This document shows positions 50,400 through 62,625 of a DNA stretch of 64,000 nucleotides, in pieces. Position 1 is the stretch's first letter, and every line of letters starts with the position of its first letter. Where the stretch lies: positions 5,084,001 to 5,148,000 of the forward strand of contig JAQFVV010000010.1 in the NCBI GenBank assembly GCA_028023455.1, given 5' to 3'. The stretch is from Epiperipatus broadwayi. Taxonomy: Eukaryota > Animalia > Onychophora. Below the pieces are notes generated by a model, which saw only the letters and a list, made by a program, of their open reading frames with translations, made no database searches and was not told the origin of the DNA. The position numbers and the translations under genes are program-made.

Positions 50400-52830
50400 A
50401 TAACACAGATTAGTAATGACACACCATTTCGAGTAATATTATTTTCCACTCTTCTTCAGGGGTTGTTGGATGACCAATGACAGTATTAGCATAGGAGTTG
50501 AACTGTACATTAGATTCTCGAATATCAAATTTAAAACAAATGCTCTAACCAACTTAGCTATTCTGTCAAAGGCAACAGGTAGTAGAAATTTGATATATTT
50601 ATATATAAGAGTTGGTTCAAATCCTCCCGAGTCCTTCAATTTTTAATTTATATATATATATTTTAAGAGTAAGTTTAATTAGAGGCTCCATATATTGAGT
50701 ATTGCCACACTAGATTGACTTATAGAATTATTTGTTATTGTTATATGCACAGCTTCCTTGAATTTTTTTCTTTGCACTTTTTCCTTTCTATCCAATATTT
50801 TTGTATTTTCCCAATTAAACATATGGTCCATTAGTACATATATGGTTTGCTACTGTAAATATATCTGCTTTTTTTTCTTTTAATCATTATTTTATGTTCT
50901 TTCAATCATTATTCAACAGAGTGATATGTCTCACCGATATACTTTCTTCCACATTCACATGGTATGTCATAGATACAGTTTTTGTTCTACATCATTTCCA
51001 GTTTAGGCTTGGTAGAAGTAAGAATTTCTCAAAGTGTGATATAGCTTTGGAAAGCTGTTGCAATGTTATATTGACTGCAGATTTTCTTTAATTTGTCTGC
51101 CATTTCTGATATGTATGGATATACTACAGTGTCAATAATTCCTTTTTTTTTTTTGGTATCTCTTTTCGTTATCTATTAAAGGTTTTCTTGATGACTGCTG
51201 ATGGATAACCATTCTTCATGAGAATTTGTTTTATGTGAATTTTTTAATTTTCCAAATCACTGGTTTCTGAACAAATTTCCTTTGCTCTGTTCCATAGTGA
51301 TAGTATAATTCCATGTTTAGTGCTTCTGGTATGATTAGATGCTTATGCCATGTACTTGCTACTATGTGTTGGTTTCCTATACACTGTTGTTTTTACTTTG
51401 CTCTGAGAGAGTCTTGTCACAATAACATCTAAGTATGCCAATTTTTGTTCTCATTCTGATTCCATTGTGAATTTAATTGAAGGGCATATGTTGTTGATAT
51501 GTGTCCAGAATGATTGTAATTGCACGTCATCATGTGGCCATACAACAAATATATCATCAATATAATGAAGCCACACTTTAGACAGACATGGGTAGTATTT
51601 ATGGCTGTGGCTTAACTTCCGGTAGAAATGCCATTACTTGCTTTGCTTTGAAGAATTCTGAGTTATATTGAAAGTATATTGTTATTATGCAGAACTTTTC
51701 CTTACAATAGTCAATGCCTCATCACACAGTACATTTGTAAATAGACTTTCTACAGCAAAGCTTATCAATATGTCAGTTCTTTCCATTTCCATGTCTTTGA
51801 CTAATTCTAAAAAGTGCTTAGAATCCTTCACGAAAGTTTGTGTCATGTATGCCAATGTACTAAGAACTTCAAGAAGAAATCTTGACTAATTTCGACACAG
51901 TCAATTTCTAGAATTAACAATATGCCTTAATGAAATATTGTCTTTATGAATTTTAGGAGTCCATATAGATGAGGAATCTTGCTGAAATTCAAAGATAATT
52001 TCCTTTTTTCTGAGTCACTGAAATATCTGCGATGCTTCTGGAGTCATCATCATTGTCGTCAACCATTGTCAATCCATTGCAGGATGAAGGTCTCTCCAAG
52101 TTCAATCCTTCTCCGATCTTTAGCTTCTCTTCTCCACATCACCCCTGCATACTTTCTTATTTCATTCATCCATCTCACATGTATTCTCTTTCTGGGTATT
52201 TTACAATCTCTTGGAATCCAGTTTGAGATTTTAATTGTCCATCTATTATCATCTCTTCTAGCAATATGTCCAGCCCAACTCTACTTCAGTCTTTTAATTT
52301 TTTCAATGAGATCAGTAATATCTGTTTATTCTTTTATCCATATATTGTGTTTTGATCTCTTCTTGTTACTCCTAACATGCATTTTGATCTTTTCTTGTTA
52401 TTTCTAACATGCATCTCTCCACACTTCTTCGAGTGATCTGAAGTCTCTGTATTGCTCTTGTATTAAGTGTCCAAGTCTCAAATCCACAAGTAAGAACTGG
52501 CAAAACACATTTATTAAAAACCTTACTTTTCAAACACATAGGCATATTTCCTTTTAGTATTAAGTTATTTCTACCAAAAGCACTCCAACCAAGTTTAATT
52601 CTATGATTAATTTCATCCATTATGTTTCCATCTGTAGTAATGCTTCTAATTTTACCATTTGGAATTTGATTTTTTGTTACTTTTTTGTATTGGCCTGTTG
52701 TTAGAAGTCTTTGTATTTTGCTATCATAATCTGTTTTATTATTTACAACTGTAGTGTTACCTTTATCAGCAGGAAGAATTATTATAGATATATCCTGTTT
52801 GAGAGATTTAGTAGCTTTCCTCTCATTACA
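50400..52830 (-). mobile_element. Penelope-like element relic (RT plus GIY-YIG), interrupted by an RTE fragment
   Basis: Minus strand ESLFTNV, WLHYIDDIFVVWPH, YLDVIV, VYRKPTH, NGYP, CIYDIPCECGRKYIGET, HMFNWENTKIL. Confidence 0.9.
52040..52640 (-). mobile_element. RTE LINE 3' fragment nested in the Penelope copy
   Basis: ORF 52372-52620 (MDEINHRIKLGWSAFGRN...CVLPVLTCGFETW); GAT-type tail at the left end. Confidence 0.9.
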
Positions 52831-53044
52831 TCAAATGTTTGATTTCTGCTTTTTGATATCTCTTAAGTATCCTTTTAACTCTCCAATGTAATTCTGTTGC
52901 TTTTTCGAAGAGGCAATTTTTGGTTATCTTTTTTAGTGGCTGGATTATATCCAATAATAGTATGGTAGATAGTATCTCTGGAAGAAGCAGCAGAATTATG
53001 CTGGAGAGGTAAAGGGATCCTTGAGAGATATCAAAAACAGAAAT

Positions 53045-54090
53045 CAAATATTTCATATGATGAGAGGAAAGCTATTAAATCTCTTAAACAGGATATTTCT
53101 ATAATAATTCTTCCTACTGACGAAGATATCACTACAGTTGTAATGAATAAAACAGATTATGATAACAAAATACAAGAACTTCTCACAGCAGGCCAATACA
53201 AAAAAATAGCAAAAAATCAAATTCCAAAACAGAGGTAAAATTACAATTATTATTCTGGAACCATCACTGGTATTTCAGTGATTCAGAAAAAAGGAAATTA
53301 ACTTTGTATTTTAGCAAGATTCCTCACTTATATGAACTACCTAAAATCCATAAAGGCAATGTTCCATTAAAGCACATTGCTAGTTCTAGAAATTTACTGT
53401 GGTAAAATTAGTAAAGATTTCTTCTTGAAGTTCTTAGTACATTTGCATTCAGGACACAATCCTTTGTCAGAGATTCTAAACACTTTGTAGAATTAGTCAG
53501 AGACCTGAAAATGGAAAAAAACTGACATATTGGTAAGCTTTGATGTAGAAAGTCTATTTACAAATGTACCGTGTGATGAGGCATTGTCTATTGTAAGGAA
53601 AAGGCTATATGATAATAATAGTCTACAAACTAGAACAACTCTACCTATTGATGAATGTGTAATGGAATTATTAATATTCTGGTTAATAACAATATACTTT
53701 CAATATAATTTAGAATTCTTCCAACAAAATCAAGAGATGGTCATGGGATTATCACTATCACCCTTGATGAGCAACATTTGCATGGAAGAACTTAAAATCA
53801 CAGCCATAAAAATAACTCCATATTCACTTAGAGTGTGGCTTCACTATGTTGATGATACATTTGTGGAATGGCTGCACGATGACAGTTATTCTGGACACAT
53901 ATCAACAATGTATATTCTTTAATTACATTCACAATGAAATCAGAATGAGAACAAAAATTGGTTTACTTAGATATTCTTGTGACCAGAATTCCTCAGGCAA
54001 AATAAAAACAACAGGGTATAGGAAACCAACATATACTGGCAAGTACTTGGCATAAGCATCCAATCATACCAGAAGTACTAAAGATAGAAT
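53045..54090 (+). mobile_element. Penelope-like RT relic, inverted partner of 50400-52830
   Basis: ORF 53530-53922 SFDVESLFTNVP...MGLSLSPLMSNICME...WLHYVDDTF; reverse-complement identity with 51400-52020 and 52650-52830. Confidence 0.9.
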
Positions 54091-55215
54091 TATTGAAAAA
54101 GTATTCATTATATTGGTTATTTAATCTATAAACTTTGATTATGCCAGATCTCTCACTTTTCATAAATATTTGTTTGTGTTTTTTTAAATTGAATTTTATA
54201 CAACCATAGTTAGTTTTAGTAGCCCCCTCCCCCCAATTTTCTTTATATCACTTTAAAGTTTAAATAAGTTAACTACTGAAGTCATTCTTGTCTGAATGTT
54301 ATCTGCTAAACATATTTATGTTCCCAAATTATGTATTATTTGTTTTAATCTAATTTTTTTATTTTATTTTAATCTTTTTAAAACCATGATATCAAGATTC
54401 CAAATTGATTTGCATAATTTTATGCCATTTCACATAAATTTTATATACATGGATGTTGTGGTTTTTTGAATATAAAATATTAATATAATTCAGAAAATTG
54501 GCCAGGATGAGTCTATTTTTGTCAGATTGTGAAACTGTTATATGACGGAATCTGAAAGTCTTTAGAGATTGATTACTGAGATATTATTTTAATAGAAGAA
54601 AAAATAGTATTTATTTTTAAGATCTGGGTATATTTATGGTATTTCTAGGATATGGGTTATTACAAGTTATATTGTAGATAGCTATGCACTATTAGGCAAA
54701 ACTGATTTAATACTCTATGGGAAATAGTGTCTATGACAAACTTGGCAATATTGTGAATAATATTAGTTAAAGTGTTATTTAATAATAGAGATATTAAAAT
54801 AATATTACTTTTAAAAAAACATTTAAACAAGGTATTTAATCGAATTCATTTTCATATTATAAAAATATAAGAAGTGCTATGCTGAATTGCTTTTTAAATA
54901 ATTGGTTCAATAATCATTTTAATTAATGGTGTAAAGTATTAAAGTTTATATTATAGCACTAAATATTGAGATTCTGAAATAAACTGTTAAGGAAATTATG
55001 AACAATCATATTATTAGATGTTATCTTTTGATTTTATTATTTTGCTGTCTGCCTTATTCTAGATGCTTTTAGGGAGATTAAGTAATTCATATAGTTTGTT
55101 GAAAAATATGAATTCACTCTTTTATATATAAATTAATGATTTAATTTCTAATTTAAGTACTTATTATCAAATATAATCTCAAAATGTTCATTTAAAAAAA
55201 AAATATTTTAAACAG

Positions 55216-55323
55216 AATGTTTGCAAAGAGTTTGATGGATTTAAAAATCTATTTGGAAGATTTCTTCTTGATACTGGTCCTTCCATTCAGTGGGAAATGA
55301 TTGAACCTCTTCCAGAAAATTCT
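55216..55323 (+). CDS. UGP2: UGP2 coding exon (NVCKEFDGFKNLFGRFLLDTGPSIQWEMIEPLPENS)
   Basis: AACAG acceptor, GTAAGT donor, 108 nt; homologous to 'DLDGFRKLFHRFLQEKGPSVDWGKIQRPPEDS' of UGP2. Confidence 0.93.
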
Positions 55324-56512
55324 GTAAGTTTTATATTAAATTTATTTATTTGTTTTATTATTAATTTTATTTTTTACACGATTAATATTTATATTGCTTT
55401 TTACATGTATAGCTTTTATGGACAAGTTAAAATTTAATATAAGATGGTTGTAAGTTGTTTGTCATTAATATTAAATCAGCTAAGAAAATTAAAGATAAAT
55501 AGAATTTTTTGGCATTTTATCCAATCAGAAATAATTTTAATTTGTGTGAGTCTGTTATTTAAGCTTTTTCTTATTTTTACAATTCATACACATTTAAATT
55601 TTCAATCCCTCTAATTACTTTTTTTATAATTTAAAATGTACGTAAAATTTTTTTCATTTTAATAATTCAATTATATTATTAAATGGTTTATAATTTGAGA
55701 TTTATATAATGATCAAACATTAAAAATGACAAAATTGTCTTGCAATTCGTAGATCTTTATCTTTCAAAACTGCAACTATTATATAGAAGACATTAATTTA
55801 TTGAAATCCTGTGCTTTAATAGTGTAGTAGCAATAGTCTGCATCAATCACTGTTAGTTCAAAGGACACTTTGTTCACTGTGCTTATTTGGTTCCACAGAA
55901 GTAGTATGATATCTAAATTTATGATAAATGGGTATAAAATTTCTGTTACAATAATATACTAAATTTTTCTATATAATCTTCCAATGCAATTTTTATATAA
56001 TTTCTCTTTTATTTTCCTTACAGTTTTGACTATGTTACAGTCTTCATCAGAGCTACAACATTTAAACATATAATCATATAATCATTATTTTATATACAGT
56101 ACATATCTATATACATATTTTTTACATTATTATTCATAATTACATCTAACTTGAACTAATTTTACCTTTACATCTTTTAATTTATAATTATTTATTTATT
56201 ATTATTTTTATCCCTTTCTATTTTTATTTACTTGTAATTTATCTTTCATTATTATATTCTTTTATTAATAATTTCTATTTTATTTTTATTCCTATCTTTA
56301 TTTTTATTTTTTATTTTTATTTATTCATTTTACTTACCTCCTATATAACTTTCACCCTTTCTACTTACGATTGCAACTGACTATTTTTAAAAAAAAATTT
56401 TAGCCTCTTTTTCATATATTCCTCTATTGTCAATTTTCTTAACTTTCTATCCTCTTTTAATTTTTTAAAAACTCCATATATCATTTCTTTTATATATAAA
56501 TTTTATTATTAA

Positions 56513-56898
56513 TAATAATTTTTCTATAAAAATAATGTTTTACCCCTCTCCACCTCTATTTAGATTTGGCTTAATCTTCTTAATTAATATAGTTTCTTTT
56601 ATTTTTCTATCCCTTCTTTTATTAGTATAATCTATCATTATAATAGAAGCTATATTAATTAAGAAAATCAAATCTAAATAGAGATGGGGGTAAACATTTT
56701 TATAGAAAAATTATTAGCTTTAGCAATAGAACATCACCAAAGCCTCCAGAACAAAACTATAATTGCAAGGAAATCAAGTCATACATCACATGATTTGTAC
56801 TACAAGCTTATAAAATTAAGTCAAGGGATATATGACTTGATTTTCTTGCAATTATAGTTTTGCTCTTGAAACTTTGATAATGTTCTATTGCTAAAGCT
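56513..56898. repeat. Two adjacent imperfect fold-back hairpins (about 56513-56715 and 56716-56898)
   Basis: AATAATTTTTCTATAAAAAT...CTCTATTTAGATTTG vs CAAATCTAAATAGAG...ATTTTTATAGAAAAATTATT; AGCTTTAGCAATAGAACAT...AAAACTATAATTGCAAG.AAATCAAGTCATA vs TATGACTTGATTT.CTTGCAATTATAGTTTT...ATGTTCTATTGCTAAAGCT. Confidence 0.85.
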
Positions 56899-57075
56899 GT
56901 TTATATATGGTGTATCTGAACTTAGTTCAGTCCCTTATGGCTATTTAAGTTAGATAGCTGGATTTGAAGCCATATAGATGTCTGAAAATTTCAGATTTTC
57001 TACTTAATAGTTAACTATTAGATAAATGCTGGGCTTAAGTTAGTATTTTTAGATCTAATGTCTGAATATTCTAGC

Positions 57076-57118
57076 ATCTCACTGATGAAAGCCAATAGCT
57101 AGAAACAGGTCTGATGAT
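57076..57118 (+). ncRNA. Hammerhead-like motif in a diverged member of the 440-bp family
   Basis: AUCUCA-CUGAUGA-AAGC(CAAUA)GCUA-GAAA-CAGG-UC/UGAUGAU. Confidence 0.5.
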
Positions 57119-58911
57119 AGGGATATTCAGAACAGCTTGTTAAGGGCTATTTATGTTCATTATATAACTCACTCAAGTTACACAACATTCTACATTTCTA
57201 CCAATATAAATGCTATAAATATTATATTCACTAGAACATATTGTGTATTTATTTGGAGTGCGCTTAGAATCAGACTTTTTTTTTTTTTTAGAGAGTGTAA
57301 TAATATTTTAAAATGAATTTGAAAAGGAATTTTTATCTTTTAGACTTGAAAATAAGCACATCTAGTAATTGACTTTGATTAATATTAGCTTCAAGTATTT
57401 TCATTATTGATTTTAAATATTAATTTTAATATTGATTGAAATGCTAGCATGCAATAATAAAAACAAATTACAATGCTTTACTGCATAGTGATATAATTTC
57501 TGTTTGAAGTTTACCAGAAAAATTTGCACTTGTAATGCAGAATTTAGGCTTCTGCAACTTCTGGATGAACTTAACAGGAAATATAAAAGCTAATTTAGAT
57601 GAGTATTTAATTGTATGCATATGCATCCAATGTTTGTTTTTTTTTACAACAATAAGAAGAATGTATTATTTTTAGCATTGATTTTTATAGAAATAGAAAT
57701 GTTATGGAAGAGTGATAGGATACTTTAAAATAATAATCTACACTTTTTTCATGGATTTTAAGGATGGTTGGTTGTTTAATGTCTATTATTATTATTATTA
57801 TTTTATCATCAACAACATCTTAAAATGCCACATCTTAACAATTTCAAATAAATAATTCAGACTAAAGGAATAGTTTATTATTTAAAGTTATTTTTTCTTA
57901 GCAGATTCTGCAAATTTTTAGTAATTGTGTAATGGTTAATCTGACTTTTTATTGGTTAATATTATCCAATCATATATAATAATATTAAGTTTATCAATAA
58001 AGCTGCTTCTTTATTATTATATTGTGTATTTTTATTTAATTTTTTTATATTAGAAAAGCTTTTAAAAATAATTTATTCAAGAATAGTAATAATTGAATAT
58101 CGTAAAACAAATAATCTTATAATATAACATTGTTTTTTAAGATGAAATATATAAACAAATTCATGTTTATAAATAATCATTTAAAAAAAATCTTGATTAA
58201 GCTTTTGTCTATTATTAATTGTTTTTATTTGAGATTCATTTTTTGGCATATCATATAAAGATATTTTATGTCACTCTGGAGGTTTCAAAATTTTTCAATC
58301 AGATGCTAAAGATTCATAAGATTTTGAAAGAGATAATTACATTGACTTTCATTTCATTTAGACAAATATTAGGATTATTTAGGAGCTATGGAGTGTTTAA
58401 ATTTGTTAAGCAGATGTAATGAAACTAACTGATGCCTCCTTTAGTTTTAGCAAGAACATAGCAAAGCATCTTAAGAATTTCATTAACCTAGTTATTTGCA
58501 ATAAGTCTTTCAGAAATGAAAACTAAAGATGTTTCTAAAATATTATTTAATTGCTTATCACTATAATTTTCAATGTTTTTGAAACATATTAAAGCAAAGT
58601 CTAACAAATTTAGGTTTATTTCACCATTCTGTGATGGCTATAGTGGAATTCCAAAAGTAATTGATAAGTTTTAATCCTCTTTAAGTTCATTCCTGATTAA
58701 TTAATGAATGATTAGCTAAATATTTTTAGAAATTATATTTGCTTAATACCTTTTTTCTAATTTTATGGTCTTTTTTCTTAATCATTCTAAATAGTCTAAT
58801 TATTATTGTATGGAATTGCTATGTATTCGATATGCAAGCATTCCGAATACCAACAAACTAAATAATAAATAATAAGACTAGCAAACAGTCTGCTACACTC
58901 GCAATACAAAT

Positions 58912-59085
58912 ATATATATATATAGTTCCCTATCGGTTAATTTCTCCTGACGAGGTATTGCTACATCCATAACATACTATACACATGTGTAGTTCACTTT
59001 GGTTAACTTCCCCTGAGGAAGTATTACTACACACATAACACAATCTATATATATAGCTCTCTTTGGTTCATTTCCCCCAACGAAT
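58912..59085. repeat. ~65-70-bp degenerate tandem repeat, 2.5 units, next to a GC-richer unassigned block (59085-59470)
   Basis: (TA)n-GTTC.CT.T.GGTTAA.TTC.CCTGA.GA.GTATT.CTACA..CATAACA repeated. Confidence 0.7.
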
Positions 59086-60090
59086 TCTAAGAGTGGCTGC
59101 TTTCAACATTGTTTTCATTGGCCTCAGTTTCCCAAACACTTTGGCCCCAGGTTCAGTTCACCTGCACGCGAACACATCTGTCTTCATCGTAGATCACTGT
59201 GATCATCACTATGAGTTTCTTTTAGCTGCAATCACTTCTGTCTCTTGGCAATAGTCCGCTTAGTAAACTTACTGGAAATCTGCTGGAAAATCAACTCTTC
59301 ACATCTAGCTGCTATCCAGACAGTTTCTTTCGACTTTGGTTTCCCAAACTCTTTGGGCCTGTTTAGCTGCTGCCATGAACACATTTTCACTGAATGCTGC
59401 ACCCTTATTGAAACCACTGTCACATCTCTCACCAACATGAACTAGAAAATAAACAACGCACCTTGTTGCTTATTGTATTTATAGTTTTTAATTACTCATA
59501 CAATTAATTACTTTCTTGCATATACGATAATGTTTTTAGGTCTATAACTAATTAATTGGTGTCTTATGAATTCATTTCCATATAAGGTAATTTATAGTCT
59601 ATTCCATTAATTAATTAATCTTTTATCAAGAAATATTTATAATCAGCAAATATTCCTTGGAATTTATTGATCACAATTAACGTAAATTATTTAATTAAAT
59701 TTACTGCTTATCAATTAGCAATCTTAATATATTTTTCTAATATTTTCTACTTTTTCTGGAGTGCACAAACTTATAATAATGTAAATATAATATTTTTACA
59801 AAATATAGCAGGATGTTTTTTTTAAATCATTGTTGACAACATCAGAAGCAGAATATCCTACAATAATGATCATTTGTTGCACCACTTTAATTTTTGTAGT
59901 TTTTGCAAAATTATTTAAATATTAATAAATTCTTAATTTGACTTTTTCTTTTAAAGTTTTCTTTTTTTCACTATATAAATAGAAAGAATTTCATATACCT
60001 AAGTTATTCTAACTAATTTACATTTAAGTTTGAAATTTGAATCAGGTTTATTGATTCTGAAGGCTCTTAGCAAAGAACATTGGAATTAAG

Positions 60091-60234
60091 GCAAAACTCT
60101 CCATACAGTAGTGCCACCCTCTGCCAACCAGAGTAATCCATTGATTACTCTGGTTGGCACAGGATGGCATTACTATATGTAGAAAATTTTGCCTTTGTTT
60201 ACAACAATTATGTGCTAGTATGAGATGATCATGT
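60091..60234. mobile_element. Snap-back insertion of the hammerhead-repeat family with 16-bp TSD
   Basis: GAACATTGGAATTAAG at 60075-60090 and 60235-60250; 17-bp perfect stem TGCCAACCAGAGTAATC-catt-GATTACTCTGGTTGGCA, extended imperfectly to about 50 bp. Confidence 0.88.
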
Positions 60235-61256
60235 GAACATTGGAATTAAGTAATATATGAAACTTTTTACATAAGCCTTTCAAAGAAAATCTGCTATCAC
60301 ATTACAATCACCTTGGGTGTTAGATAAATATTTTAAAATGTATCTGAAAACTTTTATTTAGGTTTGCTTATATTTCAAATAAATATGTAAAGATATTAGA
60401 AAACAGAAACTGATGGCCGGAATAGCAGTCTTCAATTGTTTTAAATCAGAAACCATGTCAAATTCCTTCATTATCGCTCATTATTTATTATTTATATACT
60501 GCCAAAATTCAGTTCACAAGTGTTATGCTTTTGCTTTTGTTTATCATCTTTAAATAAATATACTAATGGGAGTAGCACTGTCTGCTTATAGAAACTATAC
60601 CACTTATAAATTGACTGTTAAGTATCGTATGATAGTTAAATATTGAACAATGAAGAAAGCATTTGAGGATATACTATCTGAACCAACTGAGGTGAGAAAT
60701 GCATCTCTGAGATGTTTCTAATGTCATTATATATTTGATGTGAAAATAAATTAGTTTTCAAATATATTTAAAGATATTGTAGTCTAAATATTTTTTTCCT
60801 ATTCTGATACAAATTGTAATCGATATATTTCAACATTTTGAATTTTGGGCAAAAAGAGGTTTTATTCAGTATATATATGTAGATAATGCCTAAGTGTGCT
60901 TTCAGCCAATTAAGCTAGATTAAAGGGGTGGTATTAAATTAATAGCATTACTATATTAATCGTTAATGAATGTTAAAATCTATGTATAATATAAAAGTAA
61001 TATAATAAAACTTCTAATTTAATAATCATTAATATAATTATCATAAGATGTTGAGCATTATTGAGCCCATGTAGGAAGTAAAATCTTTATGAATTGAATA
61101 TTGATAACTATTTAGTATATTTATTGTCTGATACTTATTAGATTATTTTTTTGATTACATTGATGTTTTATTTGCTATTTATAACATTCTTTTTTAAAAA
61201 GCTTAATTTTCAAGATTTTTTTTTTTTTTTGCATTGAGCACTTTTTTAATTTCTAG

Positions 61257-61448
<192 letters not shown>

Positions 61449-62032
61449 TAGCTATATTGAAACTATGTATATGGAATATATATTTTTAATTTTAATTGTT
61501 AATGAACTAGTTTTACATTCAATATATATATATATACAGCACGTTCTGATTTATGTAATTAATGTGTTAAACTTGATTTTCTCTAACTGGATTTATACTT
61601 AAGTCAAAAAAATTTAGAAATTTTTTTTTTGCTTATTATATTAAAGAATACTTTAATGTTTGTATTTATAGGTTCTTGTATTAAACACATTTTTATAAAA
61701 ATATAATATATGAAACATCATATTTATAATAATATTTAAAGTAATGGATGTCCTGCTATTAACAATTTTATAATTAGTAATGGAATGAAATAAAAATATT
61801 TCCCCTTTTTTCAATTTTTATTGATATAATAAAGAAGTTAAGTTACTTTGCTACTAATTAAAAAAAGTTGTTCTCTCTCTCTTCTTGTAATATCATTAAA
61901 TTGAATTATTTTTCAACTTTGAAAGGTATGATGTATTTAGAATATTGTTTGTCAGATATTTTTATGTAATTACTATACAGAAAAAGAATCAGAATTAAAA
62001 CCAATTCTTTTTTTATGTTGCACTTCACAAGT

Positions 62033-62625
62033 ATACAATAGTCAAATATGTTTAAAAATACATATATACAAGCAACAAAGATTACAAATTTCGGCAAATT
62101 ATGTTTTTTTGCCCTTTTCAATATGTCTCCACGATTTAAAGCACATACAGTGACATCTATATCAACACATGAGAGAAGACAGATAAACAAATGGATATCT
62201 GACATGATCTATTATGTGATTTTTTTTCACTCAATTCTACTACAAAATTACTCTGTTATATATATTGAATGGATATATATCCATATATATTAATTAATTA
62301 ACTATCCATTCTTTATCCATTAGCCACTTATTATTTAACTTAATGGATGTTTTGTATCCATTCAATATATATAACAGAGTAATTTTGTAGTAGAATTGAG
62401 TGAAAAAAAATCACATAATAGATCATGTCAGATATCCATTTGTTTATCTGGCTTCTCTCATGTGTTGATATAGATGTCACTGTATGTGCTTTAAATCGTG
62501 AAGACATATTGAAAAGGGCAAAAAAACATAATTTGCCGAAGAAGGCTTTTATATAATAATTTTATAATTTGTAATCTTTGTTGCTTGTATATATGTATTT
62601 TTAAACATATTTGACTATTGTATTT
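62033..62625. repeat. Long inverted repeat (~240-bp arms, ~80-bp spacer), probably an inverted pseudo-LTR pair
   Basis: Near-perfect reverse-complement arms; the right arm carries a ~26-bp AT-rich insertion; decayed hammerhead-like motif at 62080-62125 (-). Confidence 0.9.

Noticed and set aside
50490-50635. tRNA gene
   Set aside because: A-box-like and B-box-like pieces are on opposite strands or wrongly spaced; no cloverleaf.
52032-52647. ATGCTTCT at both sides of the nested RTE as a TSD
   Set aside because: The left copy is not flush with the RTE tail, and the uninterrupted PLE copy has two similar nearby motifs, so it cannot be called.
55950-56500. Pyrimidine/T-rich tract as a structured element
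   Set aside because: Low-complexity sequence with no consistent period.
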